From NCBI RefSeq assembly GCF_004010195.1, contig NC_057718.1, positions 11,458,665 through 11,478,664 of the forward strand: 20,000 bases of DNA, read 5' to 3'. This document shows, one piece after another, positions 1 to 10,348 of the stretch. How positions within the stretch are numbered: the first letter of the stretch is position 1; the number at the start of each line of letters is the position of its first letter. The DNA is from Chiloscyllium plagiosum (Eukaryota). A program made the translations under genes and the position numbers. The notes beneath the pieces are model-generated. The model worked only from the letters and a program-made list of their open reading frames with translations. It was not told where the DNA came from and searched no databases.

Positions 1-149
1 TTTTCACTCTTTCAGTGGGAGTAGTAAATGTCCAGATGGCGGTGAGAATTGTGACCCAAAGGGTCAAGCGGTCATGGATCACAATGTGTTGGGGTCACAG
101 GTCAATGCCACCCTCGGGTGAGGGCACTGCCCGCTGACTGAACATTTTC

Positions 150-232
150 TCAGTAACCAGGAAACTGTGGGTGAATCTGATCTCGGAAGGCTGTAAGCAT
201 TCCGCAATCTGAATGTGTCGCAGATAAGCTGG
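150..232 (-). CDS. Candidate terminal coding exon of an unidentified host gene: (S)SLSATHSDCGMLTAFRDQIHPQFPGY*
   Basis: Minus-strand acceptor with a long pyrimidine tract (cctccttcctggtttttgtccAG, AG at 234-233). The frame is open to TGA at 152-150 and is phase-compatible with the candidate exon at 5111-5183. It lies in non-repeat sequence. No protein family recognised. Confidence 0.3.
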
Positions 233-1201
233 CTGGACAAAAACCAGGAAGGAGGCGACACAGTCAAATACTTAAAGAGAGGCTCTCCCAGGTCAACCCT
301 CTTCAGAATGTTAGTGCAAGCAATTCTCCTTGTGATGACTTAGGAAGAAATATATTCTACTTTTCACCAATGTGCTGAAACCTTTTTCGAGTGGAGAGCT
401 ATTAAAATTCCAGCCAGGAAGGTGTTGATATCACACTGTGATCTGGCACTCATTCTGTTGTTTGAGAGGGCCATCTGTTCCCAATATTCCAGAGCTCACG
501 TTAGCCTCCATCCCAAGGCAGTGTCTGGGAAGCATATCTGTCAAATGAAGACTCCACCTCTCCTTAAACTCCACTCTACATAGAGAAACTGAAGCCTATT
601 TGCTTTCTGTCCCATGTGCGTTGGGAGACTGTAAGTAAGAGCGTTGAAAATGTAGACGGCTGATGTGATTCCCTGAGCAGAGCATGAAATAATTTCATCC
701 TAAACGTGATACGTCAAGGCAGCAGGCATACAATACTTCAGGAGGTGCATGATGGTCTAGGTTCTATGTGGCCCTAGGAAATCTCCTAATGCTGCTTAAT
801 CAACTGCTCACAAATGCTTGGATAATGTTTATTGACAAAAGAGAGTCAAAGTTAGACCATTGGGTATTGAGTCTTTTTGTTCATATGCATGTTCCGTCAT
901 AATGAATTGAAGATGACAAATGGTATTCACGCTGAACTGGCCAGTGCCTCTCCTGAACAAATACAGTAGGCAGCTAGCACACTAGCCCCAGCGACCTCCT
1001 TCATTGCGTGCACTCATCTGTAGAGGGCCAAGTCTAGCATGCACAGAAAGGGATGTTAATCAGGATTATGATAGCAACACTGCAGTCTTTACTCTATGAA
1101 ACTGCCGATGTCCCTCCAGAGGGAGTTGAATGAGGAAATCCAGAAGCTGCTGTTAGTGGTTCCCTGCTCCCCCACAGTGAATGTTCTTTAGTCCTTACTG
1201 A

Positions 1202-1665
1202 TAGAAAACGTAGATAAATGGAGCAGGAGTAGGCCATTCTGTTGAACAAGCCCACCCGACCATTCAACAATTACATAGCTGTTCCTCAAACATTGCCATA
1301 TTTACGTACTGTCTCTCTCTCCCTTGATGCCTTTAACTTCTAAAAATCTATGTCTTTCCTGAATGTGTTCTATGTCTTCACCTCCACAGCCTTCTTCCAT
1401 GGAGAATTCCATGCGTTCACCATGGGTGAGGAAATTTCTCCTCGTCTCTGTCCAAAATGCCCTACTGCGTATCGCGAGGCTGTGACTCCTTAATGTGGAC
1501 ACAACCCTACCTCCTCTCCCCACCTTGCCATCCAGGGAAATCATCATCCTTGCATCCAATCTGTCCAACCAGCCCCCTGTCAGAATTTTACATGTCTCTC
1601 TGAGGTCCCCTCTCATTCCTGTAAACTCCAGTGAATACCCGCCCTGCTGTCCCAATTTCTTCATC
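1202..1665 (-). mobile_element. Decayed CR1-clade LINE 3' fragment (ORF2 C-terminus plus 3' UTR)
   Basis: ORF 1302-1667 contains YSLEFTGMRGDLRETCKIL...RRNFLTH, matching the CR1 ORF2 C-terminal pattern FSLE.RR.RGDLIE.YKI...RNFFTQR. A typical 3' UTR (ggagcaggagtaggccattc) is at about 1220-1240. Confidence 0.8.
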
Positions 1666-2129
1666 AATTAGAAACCTACCAACTTGGTATGAATTGCTAT
1701 GAATGTGTTAAAACACTTGGAAAATGCTATCCTCATTGATTTAGAGATAACTGGGTTTTAACAGTGTTCTACGTGATAATTCCAAAAACAAACTCTATGG
1801 CCCAGAAAAAAATTTGGTTTTGAATTCATAAAACATCAAATTTCCTAATCTTTGCTTAAAAAATTGTCTAGAGTTTGAAAATAAGTTATTAAATGTGCTT
1901 CAAGATATTTCAGCTTCTACCTTAATCTTATGCCCCAATTTTGTGTTGGTTTTTGTAAAATTTGTAAAGTGAATAGGAAGACCAGCTTGTTACTTCCTGG
2001 TTGGCTGTCCATGGGAATGCTTCAAGGTGATTGGTTGCTTCACTTTTTGATGATATCCCTTTTGTTTGGCACTTTGAGATCCCCCTCTGTCTTCAGGTAC
2101 CATGAAGAGGCATTGGAAACCATAGGCTT

Positions 2130-3056
2130 CTGCAAGATGTATACAATTAATGGTTGGGGCCCTGGGTAGTGTTGTAGAACAGAGGGACCTGTGGGTTCAG
2201 GTATATAATTCTTTGAATTTTGCATCACATATCGACGGAGTGGTTGAAAAAGTGTTGAGTGCGGTTGGCTTCCTTGCTCAGTTCTTTGAGTATCAGAGTT
2301 GGGATGTCATGTTGAGGTTGTACAGGACATTGGCGAGGCCTCTTCTGGAGCACTGTGTCCAATTCTGGTCACCCTGATATAGGAACAATGTTTAGATTTG
2401 ATTCCCTACCGTGTGGAAACATGCCCTTTGGCCCAACAAGTCCACACTGACCCGCCAAAGAGCAACCCACCCAGACCCATTCCCCTACATTTACCCCTTC
2501 ACCTAACACTACGGGTAATTTAGCATGGCCAATTCACCTCACCTGCACATTTTTGGACTGTGGGAAGAAACCAGAGCACCCAGAGGAAACCCATGCAGAC
2601 ACGGGGAGAATGTGCAAATTCCACACAGACAGTTGCCCGAGGCGGGAATTGAACCCGGGTCCTGGCACTGTGAGGCAGCAGTGCTAACCACTGAGCCACC
2701 GTGCTGCCAATGTTATTAAGCTATAGAGGGCTCAGAAGAGATTCACCAGGATGTTGCTGGGTATGGAATGTTTGAGTAATAAAGAAAGGATGTATAGGCT
2801 GAGACATTGTTCAGCAGAGCACTGGGGTTTGGGAGGTGACCTTATAGAGGTCTATAAAATCATGAGGGCTATAGATAGGATTAATGGTAGGTATCCTTCC
2901 ATCAGGTGGGGCATTTCAAGAAGTTGGGGCATATTTTTAAGATGAAAAGAAGGTGATTTAAAAAAGATATGGGGGACAAATTCTTTTATTCAGAGGCTGG
3001 TTCGTTTGTGGAATGAATTCCCAGAGGAAGTGGTGGATGTGGGTACAATTACATTT
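2130..3056 (+). mobile_element. Decayed CR1-clade LINE ORF2 C-terminal fragment, interrupted by a SINE at 2393-2708
   Basis: Translations ALGSVVEQRDLWVQV, LRLYRTLARPLLEHCVQFWSP, GGDLIEVYKIMR and WNEFPEEVVD are collinear with the CR1 copy at 12322-13533. It has multiple stops and frameshifts. Confidence 0.9.
2393..2708 (-). mobile_element. HE1-like tRNA-derived SINE with target-site duplication
   Basis: Minus-strand A-box TGGCTCAGTGG (2698-2688) and B-box GGGTTCAATTCC (2656-2645). The 3' end (gggccaaagggcatgtttccacac...aatctaa) resembles the CR1 tail. A direct repeat CAATGTT flanks it at 2386-2392 and 2708-2714. Confidence 0.92.
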
Positions 3057-3548
3057 GTTTCCAAACAGTATGAGTCTATGACACTATGGCTCCATGGTTA
3101 TGGTGGGCTAAGTACAGTGGTTTGCCATTGTCTTTTGTTAATCACTGACAAGAAGACCCTCCAAATCTTACCACCTGCCATTGCTGTATGTTGGAAGGAT
3201 TTACAAACTGGTACTCAATCAGTCAGGCTCTGTTATAAAACCATATTACAAAAAGTACTGGGCAAGGACTTGAACTTAGAGGTTCCGACTCAAAGGTGAG
3301 GACACTCAGGAGATCTTTCCAGGGATAGCCGAGAGCTGCCAAAGTGAAGTTAATATTGGAAAAACTAATGTCGATGCCTTGGTGTGTGTGGGATCTTTGT
3401 GGGCAGATTTTTTTTCTCTTCAATGTCACTAATGAGCATTCTCCAGGCCGTTGGATCCATTCTGCGATTACCTTTTGGCAGGACGATGACTAGCTAGCTC
3501 AGCAAAATAATCTGTTCCGTTGACAAGCCCCCCCACACACAGAAGACA

Positions 3549-3605
3549 ATCACCCAGATGCCAGCCATCACCCAAATGCCAACCATCACCAGATGCCAGC
3601 CAATC
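3549..3605. repeat. Short tandem repeat, about 3 copies of an 18-bp unit
   Basis: atcacccagatgccagcc / atcacccaaatgccaacc / atcacc-agatgccagcc. Confidence 0.8.
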
Positions 3606-3677
3606 GACAGGTTGCGCTGGGGAGGGTCAGCCAGATCCCACACTGAAGTGGAGGACAAATCTCTGAGTCAAAAGTGG

Positions 3678-3808
3678 GGCAAGTTAAAAATCACTCAACA
3701 CCTAGCTTTCGGAGCATTGGTGCTTCCAAATAAACCTGTTGGACTATAACTTGGTGTTGTGTGATTTTTAACTTTGTCCATCCACGTCCAACACCAGCTC
3801 CTCCACAT
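3678..3808. mobile_element. Internally deleted palindromic Penelope-like short element
   Basis: Inverted arms AAGTTAAAAATCACTCAACACC (3681-3702) and GGTGTTGTGTGATTTTTAACTT (3753-3774). The central remnant TAGCTTTCGGAGCA reads TGCTCCGAAAGCTA on the reverse strand, like the 3' half of a hammerhead core. The family call is from recall. Confidence 0.6.
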
Positions 3809-3892
3809 TAAAGAGGGAAAGTTAGACAAACAGTTGGAGAGAGAGAGGAAGTACAAGACATAGACCTGGTGGTGGTGTTTCAGAATGTTCTC

Positions 3893-4197
3893 TTCATTCA
3901 TTCACAGGATGAGGGCATCACTGACTATGTATTGCCCAGAGGGCAATTTAAGAGTCAACCACATTGGCTGTGGGTCTGGAGTCACATGCAGATTAGACCA
4001 GGTAAGGACAACAGTTACCTTCCCTAAAGGGCATTCGTGAAGCAGATGGGCTTTCCCAACAATGGATTCATGGTCATCATTAGACTTATTTTTACATGGA
4101 ATTCAAATTCGACCATTTGCCGTGGCTGGACTCGAACCCGATTCCCAGAATCGGGATTAGCAGCCTGGCTATAATACCATTGGACCATCTCCTGCCC
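3893..4197 (-). mobile_element. tRNA-derived SINE of a family distinct from HE1
   Basis: Minus-strand A-box-like TGGTCCAATGG (4187-4177) and B-box GGGTTCGAGTCC (4139-4128), with a (TGAA)n-like tail at about 3893-3904. The body resembles a common shark SINE, from recall. Confidence 0.75.
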
Positions 4198-4604
4198 AGT
4201 AACTGATCAGAGTTTCTGGAAACACAGCTGAAGAGTGCATATGCTGAGCCATGAAATGGGGAGGTGGTGATACTGAATTGTTAAAATCTCAAGCTGGGTG
4301 GCCCAGAAAGAGCACGGCTGATCCTTCTTCTTTTTGAATCTCAACAGTAAAACAAATGCTTTTTTTTTGGGCTGCACTGTGAGTGATCTCAAACAGTTTC
4401 TCTGCAGCCTTTTGGCTGTGTAGCCAACCATCAATGCAAGTAGACCGTACATGTACAAACACTGTCCATTTGTTGTACTGATGCTAATCCGTGCCATCCC
4501 ACAGACACAGGAGAAGAATACAAACTGGTTTTTGTGTGATTTGGTTGAACAGAAATGAACACTATGGGAGAATCGCACTAATTGCAGTAATCAGTGAGGA
4601 ATGT

Positions 4605-4678
4605 TGGAGCAGCCATGATCCTACTAAATGGCAGAACAAGTCCTTGGGGCCAAATGGCCAACTTCTGCTTCCTATGGC
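4605..4678 (+). mobile_element. Old CR1-clade 3' UTR remnant
   Basis: cagccatgatcctactaaatggcagaacaag...ggggccaaatggccaacttctgcttcctat resembles the reverse complement of the tail at about 1210-1280. Confidence 0.55.
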
Positions 4679-4734
4679 CCTTATCAGTTACTAGGAGGAC
4701 TTTAATTGTAAAGACAAAATAATCACAATGCGAT

Positions 4735-4835
4735 CTGAAGAGGCATTACCAGACTTGGAACATTAACTCTGTTTCTCTCTCTACAGACACTGCCAGACTA
4801 GCTGAGTCTCTCCAGCAATCTCTGTGTTTGTTCAA
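4735..4835 (+). mobile_element. Penelope-like terminal-repeat fragment with a degenerate hammerhead core
   Basis: CTGAAGA...GACTT GGAACATT AACTCTGTTTCTCTCT...CAGA...GCTGAGTCTCTCCAGCAAT aligns with the element at 13646-13850. Confidence 0.6.
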
Positions 4836-5110
4836 GATCATCTTAAAATGTGTCTAATTGCCATTAATAAGAACCCTTTGCAATGAAGCTTCTATAAAGC
4901 TTCCAAACAGCAGATTCAACACAGATCATGTCTTCAGGTAATTTTTTCCGTGATAGTTTAATGTTATCACTGGCACCTCCTCTCTGATTACACTCTGACA
5001 TTTAAAAAGAGCTAATGTACCGATAGAAAATTATGGGAAATCCCAATTGCTGTATTTCCCAGGCCAAGCCAATGACTCAGAATTTATAATTATCAAAGTC
5101 GATGGCTTAC

Positions 5111-5183
5111 AAATGATTTCCTGACTAGACAAGTGACCCTTTTGGGCCTCAGTCAACTGCTCGTAAAGTGGAGCTTGTGTTTT
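5111..5183 (-). CDS. Candidate internal coding exon, 73 nt: KTQAPLYEQLTEAQKGHLSSQEII plus 1 nt
   Basis: Minus-strand cctgtAG acceptor (5185-5184, moderate strength) and GTAAGC donor at 5110. The frame is open, and its phase-1 end joins the exon at 150-232 in frame (t+cc = Ser). Confidence 0.3.
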
Positions 5184-5752
5184 CTACAGGCATGTTGTTT
5201 TGAAAAGTGTAATGACTTGTGTCCATGTCAATCTGCAGACAGGGATTTACATTATTTTCATGTTTTGGATGGACCCGGATTCCATGTATCTCCACGTTTA
5301 TCAATGGGGCACATCTCACATTCACTCGCAGAACTACAGACAGATATAATCATTTCCCACGCCCAAGCCACTGACAAAGGCTCAACTGCAGAATGTGCCA
5401 TTAGATCTGAATAAAACAGTCCCTTTTCACCCTAGATGTCACATTCCATAAAGTTAGTCCATAACAGGAATGAAGAGGTGGATTCCATTTGAACAAACCC
5501 ATCAATTCAAGAAAATATTATCATTTATCCACTTATAGTATTCAGCTGCACTTCCAAAGTTAATTTAAGGTTTTTGCTTCCAGTGCCTTATATGAAAGTC
5601 CATTCTAAATACTGATCATCCTTTAGGTAAGTGTTTTTTTTTAAAGAGTATTATCCTTCTAATCTGTTTTTCCACTGATTTGGGAATGCAATAATGTTTG
5701 AGTGTAAAGAATAGGACCCTTTGAGGTGTGAGGTGATCATAGATAGATATTA

Positions 5753-6170
5753 GTGTCATAGGGTCAGAGAGATATACAACATGGAAACAGACCCTTCAGT
5801 CCAACTTGGCCATGCCAACCAGATTTTCTAGATTAATCTAGTACCACTTGCCAGCATTTGACCCATATCCTTCTCAACCCTCCTATTCATATACTCATCT
5901 AGATGCCTTTTAAATACTGTAATTGTACCAGCTTCCATCATTTCATCTGGCAGCTTGTTTCATACATGCACCACCCTCTGCGTGAAAAAGTTGCCCCTTA
6001 GGGCTCTTTTATATCTTTCCCCTCTCACCCTAAACCTATGCCCTCTAGTCCTGGACTCCTCCACCCCAGGGAAAAGACCTTGTCTATTTACCATATCCAC
6101 ATCCCTCATGATTTTTAAAACCTCAATAATGTCACCCCTCAGCCACCGACGCTCCAGGGAAAATAGCCCT
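5753..6170 (-). mobile_element. 5'-truncated HER1/CR1-like LINE 3' end
   Basis: GLFSLERRWLRGDIIEVLKIMR...RTRGHRFRVRGERYKRALRGNFFTQRVV. It is the reverse complement of 11878-12286 and of about 13125-13533, and has a (CTATGA)-like tail. Confidence 0.92.
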
Positions 6171-6235
6171 GTCAGCCAATCAGAGGGCCACCGGGATGCC
6201 AGGAGATAATACCAGACTAACCACATGAGTACGTG

Positions 6236-6361
6236 CGGAGAAGGTGAGGACTGCAGATGCTGGAGATCAGAGTCGAAGCATGTGGTGCTGGAAAAGCACA
6301 GCCAGTCAGGCAGCACCCGAGGAGCAGGGGAATCGACGTTTTGAGTATGAGCTTTTCGTCA
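6236..6361 (-). mobile_element. Penelope-like short element inserted in Rex1, with a degenerate hammerhead core
   Basis: The reverse complement (TGACGA AAAGCTCATACTC AAAACGTCGATTCCCCTGCTCCTCGGGTGCTGCCTGACTGGCTGTGCTTTTCCAGCAC) matches 9670-9765. The Rex1 reading frame resumes after it (...L*QGSHDLTGSK). Confidence 0.75.
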
Positions 6362-6814
6362 CACGAATGCACACTGACTGTAGCAAGGCTCACATGATCT
6401 AACAGGCTCCAAAGTGAGACCGGGTAGGATCACAGCCAACAATGCAGCCCTCCCTCATGAGCTCAATGTATTCTACATCCGTTTTGAACAGAAGGCCGGG
6501 TGAAGTGATGTCAGCTGGCTCTGCCAGCATCTGGTGCACCTTTACCTATGGTCAACACCGCAGAGGGTCAATCAGCCCACTGGAGGGTGAACCCATGGAC
6601 AGCGACTGTGCCCGGCTGTGCCCCCTGATCCTGTGTGGACCAGCTGCTAGGAGTCTTCGCAAACCTCTCCTTACTCTGATGTGAGGTTCCCACCTGCCTC
6701 AAAAAGGCCACCATCATGTTGGTGCCAAAAAAAAATCAGGTAACGTGCCATAATGGCTACCACCCCAGTGGCTCTGACAGCCATCATTATGAAGTGTTTC
6801 AAGAGGTTAGTAAC

Positions 6815-6921
6815 ATAGAACAAAGGACATAGAAAAGTACAGCACAGAGCAGGCCCTTTGGCTCACGATGTTGTGTCAAGGATTAATCCTAATGTAAAAT
6901 AAAATAACTTAACATAATAAT
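6815..6921 (-). mobile_element. Very short CR1-like 3' tail insertion in Rex1, with a GTAAC target-site duplication
   Basis: catagaaaagtacagcacagagcaggccctttggc is a CR1-type tail in reverse. GTAAC occurs at 6810-6814 and 6922-6926. Removing the insertion restores KCFKRLVTAHI. Confidence 0.75.
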
Positions 6922-7587
6922 GTAACGGCACACATCGGCTCCAGCCTCCCAGATTGTCTTGATCCTCTACAATTCGCTTACTGACACAATAGGTCCACAA
7001 CAGACACCATCTCGCTGGCCCTATACTCATCCCTGGAACATCTGGATAGCAAGGACGCCCACATCAGACTCCTATTTATTGGCTTAGCCTCGCTTTTAGC
7101 ATCTAATTTCTAACAAAAGTCACTGTAATCTCCAAGTGTTTGGACTCTGCTGTCCCCTCTGCAACTGGATCCTCAACTTCCTGACCTACAGAGCACAATC
7201 AGGAAGAATAAGTGGCAATGCTTCCTCCACAGCAATCCTCAACACCGCTGCTCCACAAGGGTGCGAACTCAGCTCCTTACAACACTCCTTATACACTCAC
7301 GGCTGTGTGACCAAATTCAGCTCTGACTCCATGTACTACCTTACTGATCACACTCCTGTAGTAGGTCAGATTTCAAACAACAACGAGACAAAATACAGGA
7401 AAGAGACAGACAGCTTAGTGGCACAGCATGAAGATAACAATCTCTCCCACAATGTCAGCAAAATGAAGGAGCTGGTCATCAACTTCAGGAAGCAGAGGCG
7501 AGCGCACGTCCCTGTCTGTCTCGGTGGTGCTGAGGTGGAGATGGTTGGGAGCATTATGTTCACAGGAGTAAATATCACCAACAAGCT

Positions 7588-7900
7588 GGACGGCATGGTG
7601 GCTCAGTGGTTAGCGCTGCTGCCTCACAGTACCAGGGACCTGGGTTCAATTCCCGCCTTGGGTGATTGTCTGTGTGGAGTTTGCGCATCTCCCCCATGTC
7701 TGCATGAGTTTGCTCCAGTTTCATCCCACAGTCCAAATATGTGTAGGTTAGGTGAACTGCCCATGCTAAATTGCCTGTAGTGATATGGTGCATTAGTCAG
7801 TGGTAAATATAGGGGAATGGGTCTGGGTACATTACTCTTCGGAAGGTCAGTGTGGACTTGTTGGGCCAAAGGCCTGTTTCCATACTGTAAGAAATCTACT
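7588..7900 (+). mobile_element. HE1-like SINE inserted in Rex1
   Basis: A-box TGGCTCAGTGG at about 7599 and B-box GGGTTCAATTCC at 7642-7653. It is the reverse complement of 2393-2708. Rex1 reads GVNITN before it and NLSWS after it. Confidence 0.92.
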
Positions 7901-8320
7901 CGAATCTGTCCTGGTCCACCCATGCTGACACTACTGTTAAGAAAGCACACCAACATCTCAACTGCCTCAGAAAGAAATTTGACATGTCCACAATAACTCT
8001 GATCAATTGTTTATAGGTGCACCACAGAAAGCATCCTATCCAGATGCATCACAGCTTGGTATGGCAACTGCTTTGCCCAAGACCACAAGAAATTACAGCG
8101 AGTTGTGAATGCAGCCCAGTCCATCATGAAAACAAGCCTTTCTTCCATTGACTCCAGCTACACTTCCCACTGCCTTGGGAAAGCAACCAACATAATCAGA
8201 AACCGCTCCAAACCTGGTTATACTGTCTTCCATCATCTTTCATCAGGCAGAAGGTACAAAGGTTTGATTACACATAACACAGATTTAAGGACAGCTGTTT
8301 TCAGACTTTATGAATGAACC

Positions 8321-8554
8321 TGGCGGCACGGTGGCACAGTGGTTAGCACTGCTGCCTCACAGCGCCAGAGACCNNNNNNNNNNNNNNNNNNNNNNNNNNN
8401 NNNNNNNNNNNNNNNNNNNNNNNNNNNNNNNNNNNNNNNNNNNNNNNNNNNNNNNNNNNNNNNNNNNNNNNNNNNNNNNNNNNNNNNNNNNGGACTTGTT
8501 GGGCTGAAGGGCCTGTTTCCACACTGTAAGTAATCTAATCTAATCTAAAAAAAA
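8321..8554 (+). mobile_element. HE1-like SINE, interior lost in an N gap, with (AATCT)n plus poly-A tail
   Basis: Head ggcggcacggtggcacagtggttagcactgctgcc and tail gggcctgtttccacactgtaagtaatctaatctaatctaaaaaaaaa. Confidence 0.85.
8374..8491. other. Assembly gap (118 N)
   Basis: Run of N. Confidence 1.
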
Positions 8555-9662
8555 ACTCTCATATATCAGAACTGATCTCTCTTTGCACCTTCTCTGTAGC
8601 TATAACACAGAACTATATACCCTGATGTATATACCCTGAACTATATACCAAAGCAATACGTTTCACTGTATCTTTGTACATGTGACACTAATAAACCAAA
8701 TCGAAATCAGAGTGGAAGCACACCATCCTCTCAACTAGGAATGGCTGGGGAGTCTTGGAGTGTCAAGTCATGTCCAGCAAGACACCACTGGAAGGTTTGT
8801 GAGGCAGGCTGGTGGTGTCATGGTCAAGTGGGCAGCTCCCCTCCCTGAGCCAAGAAATGCCCGAGTGACAGAGACTCCCTCAAGCTTTCCTGCAAGGATC
8901 CACCAGGCACAGCTCGGCAGCATTGGGAAGAGGCAGTATGCTAGCCCCATAAATGGATCAAATGGCCTCTGGGAGTGACAATCTCCTTCCATCTTGCCTG
9001 CCTTCCCTCGCCATGTAATGGGCACTCCTCACCAACGCTCCTCAACTCATTCCTGGAATGCTGCCCTCAGCTTAGAGATTTCCAATTGGGGAATTGTAGT
9101 GGGGGATGGGGTTGGGGTTGGAATCTCAACATCTGGAGCATCATAACATCACTGCCAGATTTCCTCAGCATTCAAGATTCAGGGAAGACCGATGTGGAAC
9201 ATTGGGCTCTTCCGCATCACTGGAATCACCAGAACCCAGGACATTCCCGATGCTCCCCAGGCAACAGTGGAGCAGTTGAGAGGTTGCTACTTTTTCAACC
9301 ACTCGACAATTTGAAACGCACGGATATTCCAGCCGGTTCTAATTTGCATTTTCGTTGCGGCATTTTAACATCATTTAATCCTTAAAACAATAATGAGCTC
9401 TCTATGTTTTTCTACCCAACCACTGTTAATCTATGCACAGCTTTGAAGATACAGTGACTCACCCCTCTCTGCTCACACATCTAAACAGCAGCAAATGGGA
9501 GGGTGTGACTGATGGAGAGTGGCCCCCAGCGCTTGTTCCCAATTACCCAATGTGGGGGCAGTCCCCATGTTCTACAGACACTAAGGGGTGATATTGATTA
9601 GAGCCATTTAAGTTACAAGTGATAGCGTGGTGTCAGCTGAGGCTGAGCTGGCTCATCATGGA

Positions 9663-9704
9663 GGGCGTCCTGATGAAGGGCTTCTGCCCGAAACATTGAT
9701 GCTC
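9663..9704 (+). ncRNA. Minimal type I hammerhead ribozyme motif (Penelope-like element; the element extends to about 9765)
   Basis: GGGCGTC-CTGATGA-A-GGGC-TTCT-GCCC-GAAA-CA-TT-GATGCTC. Both core boxes are present, stem II is 4 bp, stem I is 7 bp with two G-U pairs, and stem III is minimal. Confidence 0.65.
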
Positions 9705-10073
9705 CTGCTCCTCGGATGTTGCCTGACCGGCTGTGCTTTCCCAGCACATACCTTTTGACTCTGGATGATATGTCCATTCCCACAATCGGAAGAGTGTGAA
9801 TTTGAGGCTGAGACTGAAGAACAACACTGTGGTGCAACACTGAAGGATTACTGCGTCCTGGGAGGTACCATCTTTCAGGTGGTGATTGATTTCAGATGTC
9901 CCACCCCCCTCCCCACTTTTCAGATGGATAGTGCCAGGCCCATGGAGCTATTTTGAAGATGAATACTGGGAGTATACCTTGACCGACATTTATCCCTCTG
10001 TCAACGTTGCAAACCATCGCTGTTTGTGGGAGCTTGCTGTGTATAGATTGGCTTTTGTGTTCCTGACATTGCT

Positions 10074-10348
10074 GGGGTGGCACGGTAGCTCAGTGGTTGG
10101 CACTGCTGCCAGGGACCTGGGTTTGATTCTTCCTTCGGGTGGCTGTCTGTGTGGGGTTAGCATGTTGTCTGCGTGGGTTTCCCCCCACAGTCCAAACCTG
10201 TGCGGGTTAGGGTGGATTGGCCATGGTGTCCAGCGAAGTGAAGGCTAGGTGGATTCGCCATGGAAAATATAGGGTAGGGGGATGGGTTGGATGCTTTTCG
10301 GAGGATCAGTGTGGATTTAGTGGGCCGAAGGGCCTGCTTCCACTCTCA
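10074..10348 (+). mobile_element. HE1-like SINE with an internal direct repeat, nested in the DeuSINE
   Basis: Head ggggtggcacggtagctcagtggttggcactgctgcc, a degenerate B-box gggtttgattc, and tail gggccgaagggcctgcttccactct. Confidence 0.85.

Larger units (their letters stand above)
6175..8708 (+). mobile_element. Decayed Rex1/Babar-clade non-LTR retrotransposon (RT region plus 3' UTR) with four nested insertions
   Basis: Translations across frameshifts: SLPHELNVFYIRFE (about 6450), CVDQLLGVFA, EVPTCLKKATIMLVPKK, VALTAIIMKCFKRLV, LDPLQFAY*HNRSTTDTI...IRLLFI, LCNWILNFLT...AAPQGCELS, NVSKMKELVINFRK, NLSWSTH...KKAHQHL and ITAWYGNC. AATAAA and a tail lie near 8690-8708. Confidence 0.88.

Noticed and set aside
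16..41. Plus-strand mini-exon (ctttcAG|TGGGAG...GGCG|GTGAGA)
   Set aside because: It sits at the window edge, has no recognisable peptide or supported partner exon, and conflicts with the minus-strand model. It cannot be fully excluded.
2640..2708. tRNA genes (also at 4125-4197, 7588-7660, 8321-8373 and 10074-10135)
   Set aside because: The A and B boxes continue into SINE bodies and tails, so these are tRNA-derived SINE heads rather than tRNA genes.
4207..5414. ORFs 4207-4578 (-), 4491-4694 (+) and 5133-5414 (+)
   Set aside because: They have non-ATG or weak starts, no motifs, low-complexity runs or overlap with repeat remnants, and are consistent with random ORFs.
7136..7780. 214-aa ORF as a gene
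   Set aside because: It is a chance read-through from decayed Rex1 RT (catalytic motif degenerate, YLTDHT) into an inserted SINE.
8611..8650. Small repeat (tatataccctga) x2.5, and the gaatggtctg duplication at 11240-11259
   Set aside because: These are ordinary local slippage duplications with no sign of function.
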